The notes under the pieces are model-generated. The model was not told where the DNA came from, searched no databases, and saw only the letters and a program-made list of their open reading frames with translations. The position numbers were made by a program, and so were the translations under genes. Positions 52,461 to 60,796 of a stretch of DNA of 64,000 nt are shown here, piece after piece. The stretch is from positions 224,001 to 288,000 of the forward strand of contig CAVZMI010000020.1 of assembly GCA_963776275.1 (NCBI GenBank), written 5' to 3'. Within the stretch, counting starts at the first letter, position 1; each line of letters starts with the position of its first letter. This DNA is from Ignavibacteriota bacterium (lineage in GTDB: Bacteria; Bacteroidota; Ignavibacteria; UBA10030; CAVZMI01).

Positions 52461-53912
52461 TTATACTACGGCCTTCTCAAAAACTCTCTGCCCAATTTCG
52501 CACTCTTTACACCTGTTTTCTGTGCAATAGAAATTATGAAGGTGAAGCATTCCCTGCTGAACGAGAGCGCCGTGGAGTAAATTCCCGATACCCGGCACAG
52601 CAGAACGAATTAATCGAGTAATTGTATTTTCACCGAGTGACGGGTATTCCATTACAAGATGTTGAATCGTTTCCCGAATATCAGGATCTTTAAATACTCG
52701 CGCATAGAGAAGTGTCAGCGGAAGAATTGTATTAATAATAATATCGTCAATGCGTAAGCGTCCAAGAAGAGCGCTCTGTTCATCACGGCCGACCGTCATT
52801 AACAATCGCAATTCGCAGATACGCGTACGGTTTGTGCCATCCGATTTTATAATCCTGATCATTTTTTGTACTATATCTTCCTCAAGAAATCGTTGAACAA
52901 GAGCCGCTCCGGCCTTTAACCTACGTGTAGGAAAATTATTAGGTCGAAGGCGAAAGAAAGTCCATTCGGCTCTTTGAAGCCGTTCTCTTTTATAGAAAGA
53001 TGCATTCTCTCTCCAACTATTTACAATCATTGCATCATCACTACCATTTCCTTTCCTCTCACACCGATCTGCAGACAGAAATCCTGCAACACCAAATAGA
53101 ATCGCCCGGAGTACGGCAGCATGATTGGAGTTCGATATCGTAATCCGTTCGCGTAAAAAATCCAAACGCACATTTCGTGAGAGTTTAAGAAATGGCTCCC
53201 GATTCTTGGAATATCCGAGCGCCTCGAAGATCCCTTCGTACAAAACCTGCTCCCAAAGCCATCGCGGCGCAAAATCATGTTGTGTGTACTCATGATTCGG
53301 AACGGGAATTTCATCAATGTCTCCGTAATATCGTAATTTTGGTTCGCGCAATGCAAGCCTTTGTTCATCGATCAGCTCCTTCAGCCGTCCTTCAAACCTC
53401 CGGAGTTTTAGCTCCATTCGTTCATTGAATAAATGGGTAAGCCACCGTAAATGGCCATCCTGAGACGCGTCTATAGATAAGCCCGAACAGGGAAGTGTGC
53501 ATGACCGCTCGGCACGATCGTCAGCAATCGAACGATCCCATACCGCCCGGAACGAATCATCAAGAAATCGCTGCAGGCTCAGTACGGGAATCGATCTCCC
53601 ACTTGCCGTAACAGGATCCGGGGCATGATCATCGTAAAGCACAACATGAAGGACAACCCGATTGTACCTATTATCACGCGAATGAAAATGACGCGTCCAA
53701 TCGCCGTTCCGCTTGTGCAGTTCAACATCACCGCATAAAATTCTTCCGTCAACACGAATCCGTGCATCTAGAAAATCGGGACCTGCATCGGCATTCGGGA
53801 TACCCGGTGTAATGATTTCGAGTGTACGGCCGTCGCTTGTCATCAGCTCGAGAGTGCGTAAATACTGTTTCCTCCAGATATGGCGCAAAAAACGTTCGTG
53901 AATATGAATCAT
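52461..53912 (-). CDS. DUF2851 family protein
   Basis: ERFLRHIW, GPDFLDA, GDVELH, YNRVVLHVV, RLRPNNFPTRR, QGMLHL..YC..RC.EC.IG. Confidence 0.92.
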   Translation of the reverse strand: MIHIHERFLRHIWRKQYLRTLELMTSDGRTLEIITPGIPNADAGPDFLDARIRVDGRILCGDVELHKRNGDWTRHFHSRDNRYNRVVLHVVLYDDHAPDPVTASGRSIPVLSLQRFLDDSFRAVWDRSIADDRAERSCTLPCSGLSIDASQDGHLRWLTHLFNERMELKLRRFEGRLKELIDEQRLALREPKLRYYGDIDEIPVPNHEYTQHDFAPRWLWEQVLYEGIFEALGYSKNREPFLKLSRNVRLDFLRERITISNSNHAAVLRAILFGVAGFLSADRCERKGNGSDDAMIVNSWRENASFYKRERLQRAEWTFFRLRPNNFPTRRLKAGAALVQRFLEEDIVQKMIRIIKSDGTNRTRICELRLLMTVGRDEQSALLGRLRIDDIIINTILPLTLLYARVFKDPDIRETIQHLVMEYPSLGENTITRLIRSAVPGIGNLLHGALVQQGMLHLHNFYCTENRCKECEIGQRVFEKAVV

Positions 53913-54113
53913 TAGAAAAAAACTCCAAATGCCAAATTGTCCCCGGTGTAAGAGAATATGAAAATATTAAGATGAGTTTTGAGTATTCAAATGCTAAAAT
54001 TTAATGAATGAACTATCACTCTTACTTATATATATTAGAACGAAATGAGGTTACATAATTGAGAAAAAACGCGTAAATGGCTTTTTCTAAGGAAAAAGTA
54101 AAAATTAAAAGGT

Positions 54114-54555
54114 AAAAAGGGAGAGAAAATCATTTTCCTATGTATTTAGTATTTTCCTCCCTCGACAAGCCCTCGATCTGAGTGGCTCGACTCCCGCCAG
54201 AAGCGGGACCGAGGTCTCTGGCCGAAGGCTTCTGGGCTTCCGGCTCATTGTAACTTTATTGAAATAGTGAGATCAAGACGGTGGCCTCGACGTTCCGACC
54301 CGCTGAAAGCGGGGCGGACGCTCGGCCACCTGGCTGTTGATGCCGAGATGAGAAATAAATAGCCAGGTTACCGAGTCTCGTGGTGAGCTTGTCGAACCAT
54401 GATCAGCAATATCATTCGCCATATCGAGGTAACCACATAGAAATTGCAGTCGAGGGCAGTGGCCTCGATACTTACCCCGAGTCCCGACCCCGTCCCGGCT
54501 TTCAGTCGGGACAGGGGGATCGAGGGGGAAAAAGGGAGAGAAAATCATTTTCCTA
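54114..54555. repeat. Cluster of nested GC-rich REP-like palindromes bounded by 27-bp direct repeats
   Basis: AAAAAGGGAGAGAAAATCATTTTCCTA at 54114-54140 and 54529-54555; internal hairpins TCCCGC/GCGGGA, GGTGGCC/GGCCACC enclosing CCCGCTGAAAGCGGG, TGGTGAGCTTGTCGAACCA, and CCTCGAT/ATCGAGG enclosing GTCCCG/CGGGAC. Confidence 0.75.
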
Positions 54556-54679
54556 GATATTTTGAATTCTCAATCAATTTTTAGAGAGTAGTAAGACAAC
54601 ATGAACCCACGGTGATTTGGAATTCTAATCCTAATTCACCATATTTATACATATCCCAAAAATAGTGGAGAAAAATCAT

Positions 54680-55291
54680 ATGCGTTCACTCATTATCATC
54701 CTTTTTCTTCTGATACCGCCCATTCTCCTTGCACAATCCGATTACGATGCGACTTCAATCCATCTCTGGGGCGGACTCGATATCATCAACGCTCATGCAT
54801 CTGCATCGACCATTCATCCGCTGACAGGAACACAGGCAGGTGGAATGGCCGGTGGATTTGGCGGTGGGGTGGGTATTTTGTTTTCTCTTAACCGACGCTC
54901 GGCAATCGGACTTGAAACAGGGTACCTTCTCACCGAATCAATTGCCGAGGCATGGCCGACGATAGCGTATACTGAATTTGTCCTGCCGGTTCTTTTTACA
55001 GGTCAATACCGAATCACGGGAGCTCAGGGAACAAGTGGAATGTCGATTCAGGGTGGATTGGGGGTAGGTGTGCTTTACCGGACAGAAGCACGTTCTTCTC
55101 CGTATGTCTCATCAGCATCATTGAAAAATGACGGTGCCGGCTTTTTAGGATATATCGGGCCGCAGGCCGACTTAGCCATCGTACGCTGGTTCAGTCTCGA
55201 AGCATTTGCCCGGTATTATTTTACATCGCTCAATGTAGCGACTGGCAACTCGATGTTTTATTTCGGGGGAGGAATTGCATTTACATTTTGA
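54680..55291 (+). CDS. Small outer membrane beta-barrel protein
   Basis: Signal peptide, Gly/aromatic amphipathic strands, C-terminal GGIAFTF. Confidence 0.8.
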   Translation: MRSLIIILFLLIPPILLAQSDYDATSIHLWGGLDIINAHASASTIHPLTGTQAGGMAGGFGGGVGILFSLNRRSAIGLETGYLLTESIAEAWPTIAYTEFVLPVLFTGQYRITGAQGTSGMSIQGGLGVGVLYRTEARSSPYVSSASLKNDGAGFLGYIGPQADLAIVRWFSLEAFARYYFTSLNVATGNSMFYFGGGIAFTF

Positions 55292-55413
55292 TATCGTCAA
55301 TACTTCTGTCTGACGATCTCAAAATAATTAATCAGCGCGGCGTTGTCTTCGAGATAGTTACACTGGAGGCAACTTATTAAAACTACAGGAAAACTGAGCT
55401 TATTTAGTACCTG

Positions 55414-55752
55414 CTATTTCAGCGGTTTGATTTCGCCGGTTTCTTCCACCAGTACCGGATAACCTTCCAGCTTTGGAGGAATTTTTCGCTCGAGTTCCGG
55501 CGTCTTCTTTACCACCATCACACCGATGAATGGTGCACCATCATCCGTCGCTCCGACATAGACTCCTACAACACCGGGAATTTCCATTAATTCCGGCGTG
55601 TGCGCCTCCTTGACTGTATTGATATCTCGTGCAGACTTCATAGGTTCCTTTTCAATTTTCTTTTGTGGTATTGAATTGCAGCCGGTGCACACCATCAGAA
55701 TAACAAGGATGTACACAAAGGGGTAATGTCGGATCTTTGACGAATGTTCCAT
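55414..55752 (-). CDS. Small lipoprotein homologous to the N-terminal domain of the adjacent protease
   Basis: VCTGC lipobox-like motif; LMEIPGVVG..DDG..IPPKLEGYPVLVEETGEIKPL; start set at ATG 55752, downstream of the terminator-like hairpin. Confidence 0.8.
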   Translation of the reverse strand: MEHSSKIRHYPFVYILVILMVCTGCNSIPQKKIEKEPMKSARDINTVKEAHTPELMEIPGVVGVYVGATDDGAPFIGVMVVKKTPELERKIPPKLEGYPVLVEETGEIKPLK

Positions 55753-55771
55753 CGTCCAGCCCCGAAAAACG

Positions 55772-55802
55772 AACACCCGCATTGCTAAGGAATGCGGGTG
55801 TT
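55772..55802 (-). terminator. Terminator-like hairpin after the protease gene
   Basis: 12-bp perfect stem AACACCCGCATT/AATGCGGGTGTT followed by CGTTTTT on the minus strand. Confidence 0.75.
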
Positions 55803-55836
55803 ATACTTTCGATATTCACACAATTCAACGAGTGGT

Positions 55837-56970
55837 TTATTTCCCAACCATTGTGGCACCAAGGTACGAAAGAACCTCGTTAATCGGATTTGCAACAGCG
55901 TATTTATTACTTCCCGCAAAGCAGAGACCCACTGCACGTGGATTGGTCGCTTTATCTTCCACCATCAGGGATCCTGAATCTCCTGCTTTGATAAATGAAC
56001 CGCCTTTGATGAGAATCTGACCTGTGAATGTTTTTGTGAAGGCAGTTCCGCCTGCACATTCATTATCATACGTAACGCTCACTGTAGCGTTCAGGCCATC
56101 GATCGTCGAACTTGTAAGACCGCTGGTACGTCCGCTCTTTTTTACTTTCATTCTCAGGGCTGCCGCAACCGTACTTTTTGAGATTGTGCCGATTTCAAGA
56201 ATCGACCCATCTGTACGCACCATGCCCGGAACCACTTGAGCAATGGCACAATCGACATTCGAACTCGGCAGGCTTGCCGAGCCGGCAAGGGTTGCCACGC
56301 TCCGGGCACCGGAGGCTTTGCAGTTTACATCGATTAATCCCGGTTGAATAATCGGATCACCGTTCGTTGCGACTCTTTTGTTTCCTCCCGATACAATATC
56401 GGCGCGCAATACATGATAGTTGCTCAAAACATATTGTGTGGATCCGATCTGTACCAGCGAACCAAGCGTACCGCCGCAGCAATAACCATTTGCCATATCG
56501 TAGCTCCATCCGCCGGAAGTCCCTAGCTGAATCGGCGGGGTTTGTTTTGCCGTATGAGCTGCAAGGGCCTTAAATTCGCCGGTTTCTTCCACGACAATCG
56601 GTACATTCTCAATTTTAGCGGGAATGGCACTTGCTGCTATACCATGCCCCTTGAGCTTTGCATAGGACATATCCTTGACGAATACCTTGAAGACTACCGT
56701 TCCATCATCGTTCACACATGTGGCGGTGCCGACGACAGCTTTGTTCGCCATAATATCCTGTGTGTACTTGTTTTGCACTTTAATCACAGCTTGTACTCGA
56801 GCATCATTGATGCTCACAACAGGCAGTCCTTGCTGTGAATTATCCACTACGCCCTGCTCGATAGGGCTGTCATTGCTTTTCTGGCATCCGTTCCAGAAAA
56901 TTACCGATAGCGCAATTGTTACAATCATCAGAAGAACAATGCCAACAGCAATCCTTTTTTTCTGTTGCAT
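55837..56970 (-). CDS. Trypsin-like (S1, Nal1-like) serine protease, probable lipoprotein
   Basis: MQQKKR-hydrophobic-NGC signal after a GGAG SD; GTLG, LSNYHVL (His), NVDCAIA (Asp), KSGRTSGLT, GDSGS (Ser), VGLCFAGS. Confidence 0.88.
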   Translation of the reverse strand: MQQKKRIAVGIVLLMIVTIALSVIFWNGCQKSNDSPIEQGVVDNSQQGLPVVSINDARVQAVIKVQNKYTQDIMANKAVVGTATCVNDDGTVVFKVFVKDMSYAKLKGHGIAASAIPAKIENVPIVVEETGEFKALAAHTAKQTPPIQLGTSGGWSYDMANGYCCGGTLGSLVQIGSTQYVLSNYHVLRADIVSGGNKRVATNGDPIIQPGLIDVNCKASGARSVATLAGSASLPSSNVDCAIAQVVPGMVRTDGSILEIGTISKSTVAAALRMKVKKSGRTSGLTSSTIDGLNATVSVTYDNECAGGTAFTKTFTGQILIKGGSFIKAGDSGSLMVEDKATNPRAVGLCFAGSNKYAVANPINEVLSYLGATMVGK

Positions 56971-57412
56971 AAAAATTCTCCTTTTTATAAAAGAGCTGAA
57001 CAGTGATTTGTGAGAATGACGTTTCAAGAGATGAAATTTAAAAATTTTACTAAAATTCATGTTAAATGTCAAGGTTTATTTTCGCCTTTTGTTCCTTTTC
57101 ATTCCCTTTATATGAATACCGTTTTTTCTTCCTCCAACCATGTTGTGAATCTGTACCGAGGTATGGTAACATCGGAAAATGCCGGCTGGACCCGTTAAAA
57201 ACTTTTTTTAACAACTTGTGAGGAACGCCATTGACTCAAAAAATTTTCTACAAACAGATCGTCTCAAAGGGATTGATAGTAATTAAATGACCATCGATCA
57301 TAAAACCGGTTTATAAAAATATTTTGAAAAACAATAACGGAATAAGAATTCGCTTGCAGAAAAAAATCCCCCCAGACTGTAACTTTTATAAGTGAGTCTC
57401 CGTATCCCTCCA

Positions 57413-57524
57413 TAACTGACCGGAAGTCATTAATTAAAATTAAGCCAATTTTATTAATTTCAGTATTGACTAATGATTTTTAATGCATTATATTCGAGTA
57501 CAACCAATGACCACCAGTCAGTTA
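57413..57524 (+). promoter_or_regulatory. Promoter and two TetR-type operators for the efflux operon
   Basis: TTGACT(57466)-N17-TATATT(57489); TGAC-N5-GTCA palindromes at 57417-57429 and 57508-57520 with shared flanks. Confidence 0.75.
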
Positions 57525-57540
57525 TCATAATGAGGTAATA

Positions 57541-58216
57541 ATGGGAATCCAGGAACGGAAGGAACGCGAGAAAGAACAACGGCGGGAAGAGATTATAAGT
57601 GCTGCTCAGAAGGTCTTTTTCGAAAAAGGACTCCAGGCCGCTACGATGGACGATATCGCCGATACGGCGGAAGTGAGTAAAGGGACGATTTACCTCTACT
57701 ATAAAAGTAAGGAAGACCTCTATCTCGCCGTCGTCCTGCGTGGGATGGATATTCTACTCGATATGTTTCTAAAAATAACCGAGTCGGATCAACCTGCAAT
57801 TAGAAAAATCGGACTCTTCGGTGATGCATATCTCGAGTTTTTCAAAGCTAATAGAAAATATTTTTTAATGATGGATTTTTATGAGACGCCGCAGTTTCAT
57901 AAGCAGGTTTCGGAAGAAATGAAGCAGGTATGCTCGGTTTCAAGTCAGAAAATATGGACTGCATTCTTCGATACCATACAACAGGCAATCGATGATGGAA
58001 TGATGCGTCCGAACCTGAATGCCCGTCAGGTTGCAATTATGTTCTGGTCAAATTCTAACGGGCTCATGCGCCAGATCGGACCGCGATCCGATTTACTGGC
58101 ATGATGCAATGGGGATTGATCTTGAAGTGACATTGAAGCTCTCGAATTCATTTCTCCTCGAAGCAATGATGACGGAGAAAGCCAAGGAAATCTATAAAGA
58201 CATGTTAATGGAATAA
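57541..58216 (+). CDS. TetR/AcrR family regulator, frameshift near 58080
   Basis: ERKEREKEQRREEII, ATMDDIA..EVSKGTIYLYYKSKEDL HTH. Confidence 0.92.
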
Positions 58217-58221
58217 TTTTC

Positions 58222-59655
58222 ATGAAAAAAAAATTTCTGCTTCTTCTTTTCGTCTTCACGCTGACGTCACAATCGCAGGAACTACTGACAATCGAGAAAG
58301 CAATCGATATTGCCATGGAGCAGAATCACATGCTTCGGAGTGCACAATACGACCTCTCAGCTGCACGCTGGGGAAAATGGAACTCGGTGACGAATTTTCT
58401 CCCGAAGGTCGAGCTCTCTTCATCTGCGACTCGAATCGATCAGGATACGTATATCCGGGCAAATGCAGCAATCGATTTTATTAAACTCGGTGCGAGTACT
58501 CTGGGATTGCCTCCTTCGGCACTTGAAAATATCAAGCCCTTTGCATATCTCAACTCGTACGAAACCAATCTTACGGTTGTGCAGCCTGTATTCAACGGAG
58601 GACTGGAAATCGTCGGGTTGAGTGCAGCCGGTGCGATGAGAGACCGTAGCGAGTATTCATATCTGGATACCGAACAGGATATCATCGCGAAAATAAAAAT
58701 AACATACTTAAATGTATTGAAAACCGAAGAATTTGTCGCTCTGGCAACCGAATCGCTCGAACTGAACCAAGCGCTATCTTGAGACGACAAAGCGCCGTGC
58801 CGAGCTCGGTACCCGCACAGAGACAGATGTTCTCCGCTGGGAGTTGCCCAGTACTCGGCCGATGAGGCAAACCTAATCACGACAAAAAATTATCTTGCTC
58901 TGGCAAAACTCCAGTTGAACGATCTCATGGGGGTCGATCTCCAGAAAGAATTCACGCTTGAAAAGATTGTGCAGGCAGATTCCGTGACCGCGGTGCCAGT
59001 CGATACCGCTTTCGCCGGAAATTCTGCGCCTATGGGCGGTTCAGGGGAGCCCGCTATGCGAGGCGGGCTTGCCTCGCAAGGCGGGACCGCCCATATAACT
59101 TTCGACCGGCTCTCAGGTCACCCATCGATGCTGGCGATGGAAGCAAATCTCCGTCTCGCGAGCATCAATATCAGTAAGGCCTGGACAAATTTTCTTCCGA
59201 GAATCAATTTTGTCTATCAATATGGATGGGAACGCAACGGATCCGTCGCCCTTGATGGAATCCGGCCCTGGGCGCTGACCCTCTCTGTCAAATATCCGAT
59301 TTTCAGCAGTTTTGGCGACTTTACCGGCCTGGAACGTTCCTACGCTGAATACTACAGGACTGAAGAACAAATCGAGAGTTTTAAGACAGGCCTGGTAATG
59401 CAGGCGACAAATGCGCAGTTAAATGTTAATGCAGCAAAAATGAAAATCGAGACAACACACAAGGGCCTGCGTCAGGCTCTCGACGTACTCAATTCCGTTA
59501 CCCGGCGGTACGAGACAGGCGGAGCCTCAAATATCGATGTCATTGACGTCCAGACCGCCTATACATCGGCGAAGACAAATTACATAACAGCTCTATACGA
59601 TTATTATATTTCTGAAATTCAGTTTGAGCGTGCAACGGGTGTTATTAAAAAATAG
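58222..59655 (+). CDS. TolC-family outer membrane efflux protein with two compensating indels (about 58768 and 58848)
   Basis: LTIEKAIDIAMEQN, FLPKV, VQPVFNGG; the middle segment KRYLETTKRRAELGTRTETDVLRWE is in the +1 frame; RYETG..DVIDVQ, ERATG. Confidence 0.88.
59031..59095. repeat. Nested palindromic element within the TolC coding sequence
   Basis: TATGGGCGGT/ACCGCCCATA outer stem, CCCGC/GCGGG, TGCGAGGC/GCCTCGCA inner stem. Confidence 0.7.
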
Positions 59656-59677
59656 CTTTATCATTCTCGAGGGATTC

Positions 59678-60784
59678 ATGAAAAAATATTTACTTTCAAA
59701 AAGAACAATAAGCGGTATTATTGTAATTACAGTCATCATTATCATTGCCGCGATCAGTTCTCGGAACAGTACGGCAACAAGTAATCAGACGTCAACTGCG
59801 GCGCCTGTGGCTGTTGAAGTCGCACCGGTGGTTGTATCTCCGCTTTCCGAAACCATTACTGCTGTCGGCAACATTTCTGCCATGACCGATGCCGTCGTCA
59901 GTTCGGAGACAGCCGGACGCGTAACACGCGTTGCCGTAAAAGTGGGCGACCGCGTTAAAACCGGACAGATGCTTTTTCAGATCGACGACGAACTGCGCGC
60001 AATTGCCGTGGAACAAGCCAAAGCTCAATTGCTTGCCGCTGAAACTAATTTCGCAAAATCTCAGAAGGATTATGCACGTGCTCAGAAGCTCTATGAATCA
60101 AAGGATATCTCCGACGCCGAGCTTGAAGGAAACAAACTGGGAATGCAGGCAGCTGAAGCACAGTACAAATCAGCACTCGTCGGTTTGAAACTTGCCCAGA
60201 GGCAATACGACGATACAAAGATAAAATCGCCAATCAACGGCATCGTGGCCTCACGGCGTGTCGATCTTGGTGAAATGGTTTCACCGGGACGTGATGTGGC
60301 TAATGTCGTGGATATCAGCAAGGTGAAAGTGAAGCTTTCGATCCCGGAAGAGCAAATCGGCCTGCTCCGGGTAAAACAGCCGGCTACGCTTCGCATCGAT
60401 TCGGATCCTTCCACCGAATTCAAAGGTATAGTCTATACAATCGGTGCAAAAACCGAAACTCCGAACGGACATTCTTATCCGGTCGAAGTCATTGTTGAGA
60501 ACAAAAACGTCAGTGTGTTGAAAGCCGGGATGTTTGCGCGTGTGTCGATTCAGGTTCGTACCGCACAAAACGCCCTGGTAATTTCGAAAGAATCATTAAT
60601 GAACGAAGATACAGGTCCGCAGGTGTATGTTGTCGAGAATAATATAGCAAAGCTTCGGTCTGTTAAACTCGGCATCCGTTCGGCCGACAAAGTTCAGGTG
60701 ATCGATGGATTGAAAAAAGGCGACCTGGTCATTTCATTCGGCCAGAAAAAACTCAAAGACGGATCACCTGTCCAGTACAAATAA
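59678..60784 (+). CDS. RND efflux periplasmic adaptor (membrane fusion protein)
   Basis: GRV..VKVGDRVKTGQ.LFQID, IKSPINGIV, LKAGMFARV, GLKKGDLVI. Confidence 0.95.
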   Translation: MKKYLLSKRTISGIIVITVIIIIAAISSRNSTATSNQTSTAAPVAVEVAPVVVSPLSETITAVGNISAMTDAVVSSETAGRVTRVAVKVGDRVKTGQMLFQIDDELRAIAVEQAKAQLLAAETNFAKSQKDYARAQKLYESKDISDAELEGNKLGMQAAEAQYKSALVGLKLAQRQYDDTKIKSPINGIVASRRVDLGEMVSPGRDVANVVDISKVKVKLSIPEEQIGLLRVKQPATLRIDSDPSTEFKGIVYTIGAKTETPNGHSYPVEVIVENKNVSVLKAGMFARVSIQVRTAQNALVISKESLMNEDTGPQVYVVENNIAKLRSVKLGIRSADKVQVIDGLKKGDLVISFGQKKLKDGSPVQYK

Positions 60785-60796
60785 GAGGGATTTTCA

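Noticed and set aside
54273-54548. 91-aa ORF on the minus strand
   Set aside because: Lies entirely in the palindrome cluster, low-complexity Pro/Arg-rich translation, no recognisable motif
54114-54555. 27-bp direct repeats as a CRISPR array
   Set aside because: Only two copies, 388 bp apart, and no cas genes in the window
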